The notes: a model not told the origin generated them from the sequence alone. Shown: positions 1-7,371, counted from the stretch's first letter. The stretch: 64,000 bases of DNA from Synergistaceae bacterium UBA5827 (GCA_002432945.1 DJHE01000012.1:3055-67054), one strand, 5' to 3'. Numbers and translations: made by a program.

Positions 1-47
1 TGGTTGGGCCTGGAGAGAGAAAGGATGCGCGGGAAGTCCTCGAAAGA

Positions 48-323
48 CTAGCCAAGCTGCGGAGCGATTGCTGCGGCAGCTTCTGAGGAAGTCCTGACCG
101 GTATGATCTCGAAATCGACCAGGTCCTCCCAGTGGGCTGTCCACTCTCTCACCCTTGCCTCGTTTTCCGCTTCCATGACCTGGAAACAGCGATGGAAGTC
201 GAGATCAACCCAGCTTGATTGGTAGAACACGCCTTCGGGAGCCATGCGGCCCTTTTCCCGGAAGCGGCGATAAACGGCAGGAGCTTTCCCGGGCTTAAAG
301 CGCTCGATGATCATGAACAGCAT
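48..323 (-). CDS. DUF3303 family protein
   Basis: 91-aa ORF. MLFMIIERFKPGKAPAVYRRFREKGRMAPEG and the C-terminal W..LVDFEIIPV pattern match my memory of DUF3303 proteins. Confidence 0.7.
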   Translation of the reverse strand: MLFMIIERFKPGKAPAVYRRFREKGRMAPEGVFYQSSWVDLDFHRCFQVMEAENEARVREWTAHWEDLVDFEIIPVRTSSEAAAAIAPQLG

Positions 324-544
324 GAAATGATCTCCCCTTCCCCTGGTTCATTGTTTAGGCCAATCTTAATATACCCTAACGGGTGGATAGCGCCCCATTT
401 GCCTGGAAGCAGGAGGGGAGTGGGTTACGTAATTACCCGTATCGAGGAATGGGTGTTTTACGCGAGGCGGAGGAGAGGAAAGGAGGGTATCCTGTGACCA
501 TCAAGGAAAAGAACGGAGAAGGTCCAATTCCTCTCTCTATTGAA

Positions 545-579
545 GGCCCTGGATTTACCCCCTTGCCAGGGCCTTTTTT
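545..579 (+). terminator. Intrinsic-terminator-like hairpin in the leader upstream of the beta-helix exoprotein gene
   Basis: GGCCCTGG (545-552) pairs with CCAGGGCC (566-573) around a 13-nt loop, followed by TTTTTT (574-579). No credible gene lies upstream on this strand. Confidence 0.45.
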
Positions 580-699
580 CGTGCCCGCCATGCTGCCCGT
601 CTCGACAAAAGTCACCGTATTCGGGTAAGATGAAAAACGGCAATAAACCATCGAAATAAAGCAATGGCAGGTCAACCTGATGAAAGAGGGTGTTGCCGG

Positions 700-1971
700 A
701 TGGGTAATCGCTCGGGCAGGAAAACGGTTTTATTGGTTTTGCTCGCATTTGGGCTGGTTCTGGCTTTTGGCGGCGTTTCGTTGGCGGATACGTACACGGT
801 CGACCCTACGACAGACGCCGGTGCAATCAGCGACGTGATCAATGACGCGACCAATGGCGACACGATTATCTTCAACGATGGTGATTACGACCTGGACGAT
901 ACCATATACGTCCGGAAAAGCGGCCTGACTTTGCAGTCGCAGACTCAGGGCGGGGCAAAGTTGTACTACGACTCCGATTACCTCTTCGAAGTCGACGCAG
1001 ACTGCGCAATCACGATAGACGGGTTTTACATGGAAGGCTTAGGTGACGATGCGGATGAAGGGATCTATCATGAGGGAGGCGCTCCTTCCGGTCCTGTAAC
1101 GATAACGAACAACGAGTTTGTCGGGTTTACAGACTATGCGATTGAGGCCCTCTTCGACTCTGCATCGCAAACCCTCACGATCACGGGCAACACGTTCAGG
1201 AATTGTTACGAAGGCCCATACCTGGCGATAGAGGGCTGGACGGTCAACCTCTCCGATAACCTGTTCGAGGACTGCGTGTACGGGATTGAAATCGGAGTTG
1301 ACATCCCTGCAGGTTCGGAAAACGTGCAAATAACGGGCAATACGATAACCGCATCAACGGGTTCGGGGTGCAAGTACGGGATTTACATAGAAGACGCCGG
1401 CGGCGGGGCGACCGTGGAAATTTCGGGAAACACGATCGAAGGGGAATACGCTTACGGCATCTTTTTCAGCGCGATCGGGGATGATGGAACGACCCCTTCG
1501 TCGACCCTTGTCGAAAACAACCGGATTTCGGTTGCGGGTAACGGGATGGAATTCGACATGTTATTTGAGACCGCTCCCGGGGAACTGATGGTTCGCCGCA
1601 ACACCCTTGAAGGAAACAAATATGGGATCAAAGTCAACAGTTTTGGAGCCTTGGTGAACGACCCTCAGACTGAGATCCGCTTTACCGAGAACAATATCGA
1701 GGGGAACGGGTTTGGGTTCCAGAACGCGGGAAACGGGTTCGTGATCAATGCGGAAAACAACTGGTGGGGCGATGCAAGCGGCCCCACGCATGACGATAAC
1801 GATGGAGGCACGGGGGACATCGTTTCCAGCTCGGTCGACTACGACCCCTGGTTGGGCTCACCTTGGGTGGAAGAAGACGATTCGAGTAGCGGCTGCAGCA
1901 CCGGCATCCTGAACCCGCTGTTCCTGCTGTTGCTGGCCCCGCTCGCCATCTTGTTGAGGAAATCCAGGTAG
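700..1971 (+). CDS. Secreted right-handed beta-helix repeat protein (PbH1/NosD-like) with Gly-Cys-type C-terminal sorting signal
   Basis: ORF 664..1971 trimmed to ATG 700, giving signal peptide MGNRSGRKTVLLVLLAFGLVLAFGGVSLA. Repeated beta-helix turns are present (ITGNTFRN, ITGNTITAS, ISGNTIEGE, NNRISVAGNG, RRNTLEGNKYG, TENNIEGNGFG), plus the NNWWGDASGP motif. Confidence 0.8.
   Translation: MGNRSGRKTVLLVLLAFGLVLAFGGVSLADTYTVDPTTDAGAISDVINDATNGDTIIFNDGDYDLDDTIYVRKSGLTLQSQTQGGAKLYYDSDYLFEVDADCAITIDGFYMEGLGDDADEGIYHEGGAPSGPVTITNNEFVGFTDYAIEALFDSASQTLTITGNTFRNCYEGPYLAIEGWTVNLSDNLFEDCVYGIEIGVDIPAGSENVQITGNTITASTGSGCKYGIYIEDAGGGATVEISGNTIEGEYAYGIFFSAIGDDGTTPSSTLVENNRISVAGNGMEFDMLFETAPGELMVRRNTLEGNKYGIKVNSFGALVNDPQTEIRFTENNIEGNGFGFQNAGNGFVINAENNWWGDASGPTHDDNDGGTGDIVSSSVDYDPWLGSPWVEEDDSSSGCSTGILNPLFLLLLAPLAILLRKSR
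1891..1968 (+). other. C-terminal sorting signal: GC, hydrophobic helix, LLRKSR
   Basis: The last 26 aa are GCSTGILNPLFLLLLAPLAILLRKSR. The GLUG protein has the same tripartite layout and the same 26-aa length at 4987..5064. Confidence 0.6.
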
Positions 1972-2006
1972 CGATTCAGGCCGGGACAAGTGATGCAATA
2001 AGGCAA

Positions 2007-2047
2007 GGGGGGGGCCCCGCTTATGGGCCCCCCCCTCATTATTTTTG
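2007..2047. terminator. Bidirectional G/C hairpin between convergent genes
   Basis: GGGGGGGGCCC (2007-2017) pairs with GGGCCCCCCCC (2025-2035) around a 7-nt loop. A T-rich tail tcattattttt follows on the plus strand. Confidence 0.6.
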
Positions 2048-2057
2048 GTTTATCTCC

Positions 2058-2597
2058 CTAATTTAACGATTCGCGCTCGCTGTATCTCTCGTACATGACG
2101 GTGTCTTCAAGCGGTTTCCTCTCGGTTTTGTGGCGGCCGGGGCTCAGGAAACCGTTGGCCGGATAACCGAGGATAAGCAACGCGGTCGGTTCGATGGTTT
2201 CGGGGATGTTGAATTCGTTCCTGATGATTTTCGGATCGAACAACCCCACCATGACGCTTCCAATATGCAATTCCCTCGCGGCCAGCATCATATGATCGCA
2301 GACAATCCCGATATCCAGGTCTCCCGAGCATTTCCCGTCGAAGGGGCGCACCAGGGGATCCTTTTTATCCTGGCAAATGATGAGTACGCACTGGGAACCG
2401 AAAGTCTGGTAGGCTTTTTGAACCCGGAGAAGATTTGCCGGGTGCTGCACGACGATAATTCGCTGCGGCTGCCTATTGCAGGCCGTGGGTGCCAGGCGTC
2501 CCGCCGACAGGATTCGATCAAGGTCAGCCTTGTCGATTTTTTTATCCGTGAATCCGCGTGTCGTGCATCGGCTTTGCGCCAATTCCAAAAAATCCAT
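2058..2597 (-). CDS. Nitroreductase family protein
   Basis: ORF 2058..2894 trimmed to ATG 2597, preceded by GGAGG. The sequence MDFLELAQSRCTTRGFTDKKI...ILSAGRLAPTACNRQPQR is a typical nitroreductase N-terminus. The upstream 99 codons run antisense to the ilvE 5' region. Confidence 0.85.
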   Translation of the reverse strand: MDFLELAQSRCTTRGFTDKKIDKADLDRILSAGRLAPTACNRQPQRIIVVQHPANLLRVQKAYQTFGSQCVLIICQDKKDPLVRPFDGKCSGDLDIGIVCDHMMLAARELHIGSVMVGLFDPKIIRNEFNIPETIEPTALLILGYPANGFLSPGRHKTERKPLEDTVMYERYSERESLN

Positions 2598-2735
2598 TTT
2601 CGCATTCCTCCCCTGAAAGTATACATCCGGGCCGCTGTGGTCCTGTACAGGGAACAAAATGCCCACCGGCATGTTGTAAGATGACCATAGGCTTTTATCG
2701 CGAGAATGTTTGTCCAATTGCAAGGAGGGGACGAG

Positions 2736-3761
2736 ATGGGCAGGGAAGTGAATATCGACTGGGGCAACCTGGGCTTCAAGTACACGAAGACGGATTTGCG
2801 GTACGTTTCCCGCTGGGAAGACGGCAAATGGGACGAGGGGAAACTGGTGGAGGACAACAAGCTCTGCATCAGCGAGGCTTCGACCGTGCTTCATTACGGG
2901 CAGTCATGCTTCGAGGGCCTCAAGGCCTATCGCACGAAGGCGGGTGGGATCCAGCTGTTCAGGCCCGACCTGAACGCGAAGCGGATGCAGGACAGCTGCC
3001 GGCGGATCCTGATGGCGGAAGTCCCGGTGGAAAAATTCATCGATGCCTGCATGCAGGTCGTCAAGGCGAATGAAGCTTACGTGCCGCCCTACGGAACAGG
3101 GGCGACCCTCTACCTGAGGCCGTTCGTCTTCGGGACAGGTGACACAATTGGGGTTTCCCCAGCCCCGGAATATATCTTCAGCGTGTTCTGCCTGCCCGTG
3201 GGGGCTTATTTCAAAGGCGGCCTGAGCCCGGTCAACTTCACGGTCTCGGGTTTCGACAGGGCAGCCCCCTTTGGCACCGGCGCCGCGAAGGTCGGCGGGA
3301 ACTACGCCGGCAGCCTGATGCCGCATACCCTGGCAGCGGAGAAGGGTTTTGCCGACTGCATTTATCTCGATCCAGCGACCCACACGAAGATCGAGGAAGT
3401 TGGGGCGGCAAACTTCTTCGGGATCACGAAGGACGGCAAGTTCGTCACGCCGAAATCCCCCTCGATCCTTCCCAGCGTCACGAAAATATCCCTGCTCCAG
3501 CTGGCGAAGGAAGTGCTGGGGATGGAAACCGAGGAAAGGGACGTCTTCATCGATCGGCTGGACGAGTTTGCAGAAGCGGGCGCCTGCGGAACCGCCGCAG
3601 TTATCACGCCCATCGGCGGGATCGAATACAAGGGAAAATTCCACGTCTTCCACAGCGAGACGGAAGTCGGACCCGTGACGAAGAGGCTTTACGAGACGCT
3701 CACGGGGATCCAGTTCGGGGACATCGCGGCCCCGGAGGGGTGGATCTACGAGGTCAAGTGA
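2736..3761 (+). CDS. ilvE: Branched-chain amino acid aminotransferase
   Basis: Start ATG 2736 follows AGGAGGGG. Class IV aminotransferase motifs are present: [47 protein letters not shown]. Confidence 0.9.
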   Translation: MGREVNIDWGNLGFKYTKTDLRYVSRWEDGKWDEGKLVEDNKLCISEASTVLHYGQSCFEGLKAYRTKAGGIQLFRPDLNAKRMQDSCRRILMAEVPVEKFIDACMQVVKANEAYVPPYGTGATLYLRPFVFGTGDTIGVSPAPEYIFSVFCLPVGAYFKGGLSPVNFTVSGFDRAAPFGTGAAKVGGNYAGSLMPHTLAAEKGFADCIYLDPATHTKIEEVGAANFFGITKDGKFVTPKSPSILPSVTKISLLQLAKEVLGMETEERDVFIDRLDEFAEAGACGTAAVITPIGGIEYKGKFHVFHSETEVGPVTKRLYETLTGIQFGDIAAPEGWIYEVK

Positions 3762-3794
3762 CGATAACCTTCCGGTGATATGGAACCCATTCCA

Positions 3795-3836
3795 GGGGAA
3801 TCTCCCGATTTACAAGCGGGGGATTCCCTTTTTTTT
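3795..3836 (+). terminator. Rho-independent terminator of ilvE
   Basis: 12-bp stem GGGAATCTCCCG/CGGGGGATTCCC with one G-T pair and a 9-nt loop, followed by T8 (3829-3836). Confidence 0.8.
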
Positions 3837-3966
3837 GCCCTCTCCTGGAGACGGGGCAGTTGGTTACACGATCGTGATATCCGGCAGTGATATTGAAAAT
3901 AATTCCACTAAGAGATATTCTAGCAAAGTAGCAATGCGACTTGAGCAAATAAAGGAGTGAGGCCCG

Positions 3967-5067
3967 ATGGGTACGAGAAAATGGTTCCTGTTTTTCCCTT
4001 TGGTTGTGACTTTCCTCTTCATTTCTTCTTTCTCCCCATGCCTGGCGAATGGTTTCTCAGGCGACGGCTCAGGGACGGAACTTGATCCCTATATCATCAT
4101 GACGGCGTCCCAACTGGACGAGATGCGCAATTTCAGTTCCCCTGACGTTTATTTCAAGCTGGGCGCCGACATCGACCTGGATGTCGCCCCCTACAACACG
4201 GATGAAGGGTGGGTACCGATCGGGGACGGCTGATCCTTCAGCGGTCACCTGGACGGTGACTATCACACGATCGGCAACCTGTACATCAACGACACCAGTG
4301 ACCTGACTGGGGTGAACCAGGGGTTGTTTGCCGCTATTGCGGGCCCGGGTTCGTCGGTCAGGAACCTGTTCCTGGAGGATGCCGAGATCCACGCTTACTC
4401 CCACGCGGGAGCGTTGGCCGGTTATACGTTTGATGTGACGATCGAGAATTGCGGGATGACGGGGTCCGTTTCTGCAGCCGGTTTCTGTGCGGGAGGATTG
4501 GTCGGTGAGAACGGGCTTTCAACAACGATTCGGCAGTGTTTCTCGCTAGGCTCCGTGGAGGGGGCCGTGTATGTGGGAGGATTGGTTGGGTATTTTTTTG
4601 ACGGCCAAATACGCGACTCTTTTTCCCGTGCGGACGCCGAGGCGACTGGAAGTGATTGCGGAGGCCTGATCGGCCACGGGAATGACAACGCGATCTATGA
4701 CAGTTACGCGGCCGGCAGGGTGACGGCTCCGGTCGGCGGTGGCGGGTTGATGGGGACCGGGGAACATGCTCCGATAGTTACCGGGTGCTACTACGACGAG
4801 GACGTTTCGGGGCAGGCTGATAATGGCTATGGTGAGCCGAGGAGTACCTCGCAAATGAAGACCCAGTCCACTTTCTCGGGTTGGGATTTCGACACCGTCT
4901 GGGCGATGGATTCGGGGAGGAACGATGGGTATCCCTACCTCCAGTGGGCCGAAGACCTTTTTGAGGAAGCTGGCGGCTCGGGCGGTGGATGCAACGCCGG
5001 CGCCATGAACTCTTTACCTCTTTTGTTGCTTGTGCCTCTCGGTTTGCTGTTGAGGAAGTCCAGGTAG
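3967..5067 (+). pseudogene. GLUG-motif repeat surface protein interrupted by one in-frame TGA (4231-4233); pseudogene or recoded
   Basis: ORFs 3967..4233 and 4312..5067 share one frame with no other stop between them. The signal peptide is MGTRKWFLFFPLVVTFLFISSFSPCLA. The stop falls inside the conserved block PIGDG*SFSGHLDGDYHTIGNL. GGLxG repeats are present (GGLVGEN, GGLVGYF, GGLIGHG, GGLMGTG), and the C-terminal GC-type signal is intact. Confidence 0.7.
4987..5064 (+). other. C-terminal sorting signal: GC, hydrophobic helix, LLRKSR
   Basis: The last 26 aa are GCNAGAMNSLPLLLLVPLGLLLRKSR. The DNA ending ttgttgaggaa(a/g)tccaggtag is nearly identical to 1948-1971. Confidence 0.6.
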
Positions 5068-5099
5068 GAAGCCGAATTAAGCAGGCAAGAGTATCTCCA

Positions 5100-5131
5100 G
5101 GGGGCCCTCTATCGGGGGCCCCTCTTCATTT
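5100..5131 (+). terminator. Weak G/C hairpin after the GLUG gene
   Basis: GGGGCCC (5101-5107) pairs with GGGCCCC (5116-5122), with tail tcttcattt. It resembles the hairpin at 2007-2035. Confidence 0.4.
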
Positions 5132-5229
5132 CCGGTCGGTGACGGTCCGTTGAGGTGCCCATGATAGGTTGACGAATTACGAAGCGTAAGTAAAATTTAT
5201 AATAGCTTACGAAAAAGGAGAAATAATAT

Positions 5230-5682
5230 ATGAACAAGACTGATACGAAATTATTGATACGTCTCATGGAGAAGGGCCGGGCAACGTGGGCGGAGTTGGG
5301 GGCCCTTGTCGGCTTATCGGCTCCTGCTGCGGCAGACAGGGTAAGAAAACTGGAGGAATCGGGTGTCATTCGCGGCTACGCCGCTATGACCAACCCCGAG
5401 GAAGTGGGATGCGGCCTCGGGGCCCTAATCTCCGTCACGCTGGAAAGAGTGGAGGAGAGGCCTGCATTCCTTGAGTTGATCCAGGAAATGCCGGAAGTCC
5501 TTGAATGCCATCACGTGGCTGGAGCAGAGGACTTCGTCCTGAAGGTCCGGTGTGCGGATACTCGTGCCCTTGAGATTGTCATTAGCGGAAAAATCAAGGG
5601 GATAGCGGGGGTCAAGACTCGGACGACCGTCATCCTGTCGACGGCCAAGGAATCGCCGGTATTGCCGTTAACCATCGAGTGA
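5230..5682 (+). CDS. Lrp/AsnC family transcriptional regulator
   Basis: 150 aa. An N-terminal HTH (LLIRLMEKGRATWAELGALVGLSAPAAADRVRKLEESGVIRGY) is followed by a RAM-like C-terminal domain. An AAGGAG SD is present. Confidence 0.9.
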   Translation: MNKTDTKLLIRLMEKGRATWAELGALVGLSAPAAADRVRKLEESGVIRGYAAMTNPEEVGCGLGALISVTLERVEERPAFLELIQEMPEVLECHHVAGAEDFVLKVRCADTRALEIVISGKIKGIAGVKTRTTVILSTAKESPVLPLTIE

Positions 5683-5689
5683 AGGCGCA

Positions 5690-6319
5690 ATGTCCGGCGG
5701 GCTGGCTTGTTTTGTAAAGGGTATCGTGCTTGGTTTTTCCATCGCTGCTCCGGTAGGTCCCATCGGGGTCCTTTGCATGAGGCGCACTCTTGGGAGCGGG
5801 ATGCTGCATGGATTCCTTTCAGGGATGGGGGCTGCCACCGCGGACGGGCTTTACGGATGCCTGGCTGCTTTCGGGGTGACAGCCATTTCGAATCTCCTGC
5901 TGGAACAACAGTCCCTGATCAGGCTGGCCGGGGGGCTTTTCTTGCTGTATCTCGGCATTTCGACGTTCAGGGCGATTCCCGAGGGTGCCGGAACAAGAGA
6001 AAGCGGTAAGGGACTGCTGCGTTCCTATGTCTCGGCTTTTTTCCTCACGATCACGAACCCGATGACGATTCTTTCCTTTGGGGCGGTTTTTGCGGGATTG
6101 GGCATCGGTGCAGCCCGGGGAAATTCCGTCCTGGCCGGATTGATGGTGTCGGGCGTGGTAGCGGGTTCCGCTCTCTGGTGGCTCACGTTGAGCGGGATCG
6201 TCAGTGTCTTTCGAGAGAAATTAGATCATGGGCAACTCAGGTGGGTGAACCGGTCTTCCGGCGCCATTATCGGGTGTTTTGGAGTCGCGAGCCTCGTTTC
6301 CCTTTTACACCTGTTTTGA
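5690..6319 (+). CDS. LysE/RhtB family amino-acid exporter
   Basis: 209 aa with about six hydrophobic helices. The N-terminal G..LG.SIAAPVGPIG pattern is typical of LysE/ArgO translocators. It lies immediately downstream of the Lrp-family regulator. Confidence 0.8.
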   Translation: MSGGLACFVKGIVLGFSIAAPVGPIGVLCMRRTLGSGMLHGFLSGMGAATADGLYGCLAAFGVTAISNLLLEQQSLIRLAGGLFLLYLGISTFRAIPEGAGTRESGKGLLRSYVSAFFLTITNPMTILSFGAVFAGLGIGAARGNSVLAGLMVSGVVAGSALWWLTLSGIVSVFREKLDHGQLRWVNRSSGAIIGCFGVASLVSLLHLF

Positions 6320-6375
6320 AAAATCAATCATTCGTATTGTCTCGTCCCGACGGGCAACAATTCCGGCCGCGAGGC

Positions 6376-6413
6376 AAAAAACAAGGGCCCCAGGTTTCCG
6401 CCCAGGACCCTTT
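6376..6413 (-). terminator. Intrinsic terminator oriented for the minus strand
   Basis: Minus-strand RNA forms AAGGGUCCUGGG-CGGAAA-CCUGGGGCCCUU (12 bp including G-U pairs), followed by GUUUUUU. On the plus strand only TTT follows the hairpin. Confidence 0.6.
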
Positions 6414-6555
6414 CGCGAGATACCGTGCCGGATTCGCTATGAACCGGCTCACGCCTTCCGCGCGGTGCCGCACCCGTGAAGGTCGCCCCTGTCCGCTTCA
6501 GGCGGGCTGCTTCCCGTCGGGCTATGCCGCGTCGGGAAAAGCCACCCTGTACTTT

Positions 6556-6660
6556 GCCGTGCCAAGCCTTCGTCAACTCTCACTTGTCCAGCCGTGCTAC
6601 GCCGTACTTTGTCTGCCGTGCCCTGGCGGGCCGTGCCTTGACTAGCCGTGCAAGCCGTGC
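6556..6660. repeat. Same-orientation heptamer array GCCGTGC (plus strand)
   Basis: Exact copies start at 6556, 6591, 6615, 6630, 6645 and 6654. The variant GCCGTAC starts at 6601. The run 6601/6615/6630/6645 has 14-15 nt spacing. Confidence 0.85.
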
Positions 6661-6718
6661 CTTCCGAAGTTTTGCTTCAACTACGACTTACCACGTCATT
6701 TCCTATCTCGCATGTCAG

Positions 6719-6747
6719 ATTATAGAGATAAAATGTTTACTTTGCAA
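6719..6747 (-). promoter_or_regulatory. Sigma70-type promoter (TTGCAA-17-TATAAT) for the candidate ncRNA
   Basis: On the minus strand the -35 TTGCAA is at 6747-6742, followed by a 17-nt spacer and the -10 TATAAT at 6724-6719. The predicted start is near 6713. Confidence 0.5.
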
Positions 6748-6770
6748 GCCTATATGTAAGTAGTCATAAT
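6742..6770 (+). promoter_or_regulatory. Sigma70-type promoter (TTGCAA-17-CATAAT) for skp/ompH, sharing the palindromic -35
   Basis: The same TTGCAA hexamer (6742-6747), which is its own reverse complement, lies 17 nt upstream of CATAAT (6765-6770) on the plus strand. Confidence 0.45.
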
Positions 6771-6936
6771 ATGTTTTTATAAACAAACAGGCAACTTTCT
6801 TGCCGTTGCCGACCACACGCAATTTGACCCGGACCCCGCTCCCGGGCTTCTCGTGGTTCTTGCCACCTAGACTTTCGCGGCCGGCGATAGTAGAATTTGG
6901 CCTCATAGCCCTGAGTAACCAAAAGGAGGGTGCTTG

Positions 6937-7371
6937 ATGGTTTCTCGCAAGAAGTTGATGCTGCTGGCTGTCCTTTCTGTTTTTTCCCTTGCGATCGCTT
7001 CCGGGGTCGCACTGGCTGCGGAAAAAATCGGCGTTATCGAACCGCAGACGGTCCTTTCCCAGCATCCGAAAATGGCCCAGGTCCGGAAACAGATCCAGGA
7101 GGTTCTCCAAAAGAAGCAAGAGGAAGCCAAGGCGGCAATCGCCAAGGAGAAGGACGATAAGAAGAAGGCGGAAATCTACCAGACGAAACAGAACGAGGCG
7201 GCCGTAGAGGAACAAAAACTCATGGCTCCCATCCTTAAAGATATGGACGTTGCGATCCGCTCGGTTGCCAAGGCCAAGGGCTTGACTCTCGTCATTGATG
7301 TAGCCCAGGCCCTCATGGGCGGAGTTGACATCACCCACGACGTCATTGCGGAACTGAAGAAGAATCCCTAA
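6937..7371 (+). CDS. OmpH/Skp family periplasmic chaperone
   Basis: ATG 6937 lies 7 nt after AGGAGGG. The signal peptide is MVSRKKLMLLAVLSVFSLAIASGVALA. A Lys/Glu/Gln-rich coiled-coil body ends in GLTLVID...DITHDVI, as in OmpH proteins. Confidence 0.85.
   Translation: MVSRKKLMLLAVLSVFSLAIASGVALAAEKIGVIEPQTVLSQHPKMAQVRKQIQEVLQKKQEEAKAAIAKEKDDKKKAEIYQTKQNEAAVEEQKLMAPILKDMDVAIRSVAKAKGLTLVIDVAQALMGGVDITHDVIAELKKNP

Larger units (their letters stand above)
6376..6713 (-). ncRNA. Candidate novel ~340-nt non-coding RNA with GCACGGC repeats (family not recognised)
   Basis: The unit is bounded by a near-consensus promoter and a terminator and has no credible ORF. An 8-bp terminal closing helix pairs GCGAGAUA (6711-6704) with UAUCUCGC (6422-6415). 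It carries six exact GCACGGC copies. Confidence 0.4.

Noticed and set aside
494-628. 44-codon ORF with a strong SD (GTG 494) as a real small protein.
   Set aside because: The product is Pro/Gly-rich with no recognisable features, and a terminator-like hairpin lies inside it. I kept it only as part of the leader hypothesis.
4231-4233. Genome-wide UGA reassignment (a code 4/25-like code) as the explanation for the in-frame TGA.
   Set aside because: Many well-defined genes in this window terminate at TGA at their expected ends, for example ilvE, the GNAT gene, the DUF362 gene and the ABC ATPase.
5169-5203. TTGACG ... TATAAT as the Lrp-gene promoter, together with the CGTAAG/CTTACG inverted repeat.
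   Set aside because: The spacer between the hexamers is 23 nt, too long for a sigma70-type promoter. The 6-bp inverted repeat alone is weak evidence.
6556-6660. The GCCGTGC array as a CRISPR array or iteron-type origin.
   Set aside because: The units are only 7 nt with 2-28 nt irregular gaps. This is far below the CRISPR repeat/spacer scale. No cas, rep or dnaA-box context is present.
6376-6713. Possible RNase P RNA or SRP RNA. The candidate has similar size (~340 nt) and paired ends, and local strings GGGUGCGGCACCGCGCGG, GGCACGGUA and GGGAAGCAGCC recall M1 RNA or 4.5S motifs.
   Set aside because: The universal RNase P elements are absent or out of order: there is no GGAAAGUCCGGGC near the 5' end and no ACAGAACCCGGCUUA near the 3' end. 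The SRP helix-8 GNRA-loop context is missing. The similarities are short G/C-rich strings.
6328-6763. ORFs 6328..6576 (-), 6476..6763 (+) and 6178..6645 (+) within the lysE-skp gap, considered as protein genes.
   Set aside because: They have no SD and show Arg/Ala/Gly/Pro-rich composition driven by the GCCGTGC repeats. They read through a terminator hairpin and resemble no protein family I recognise.
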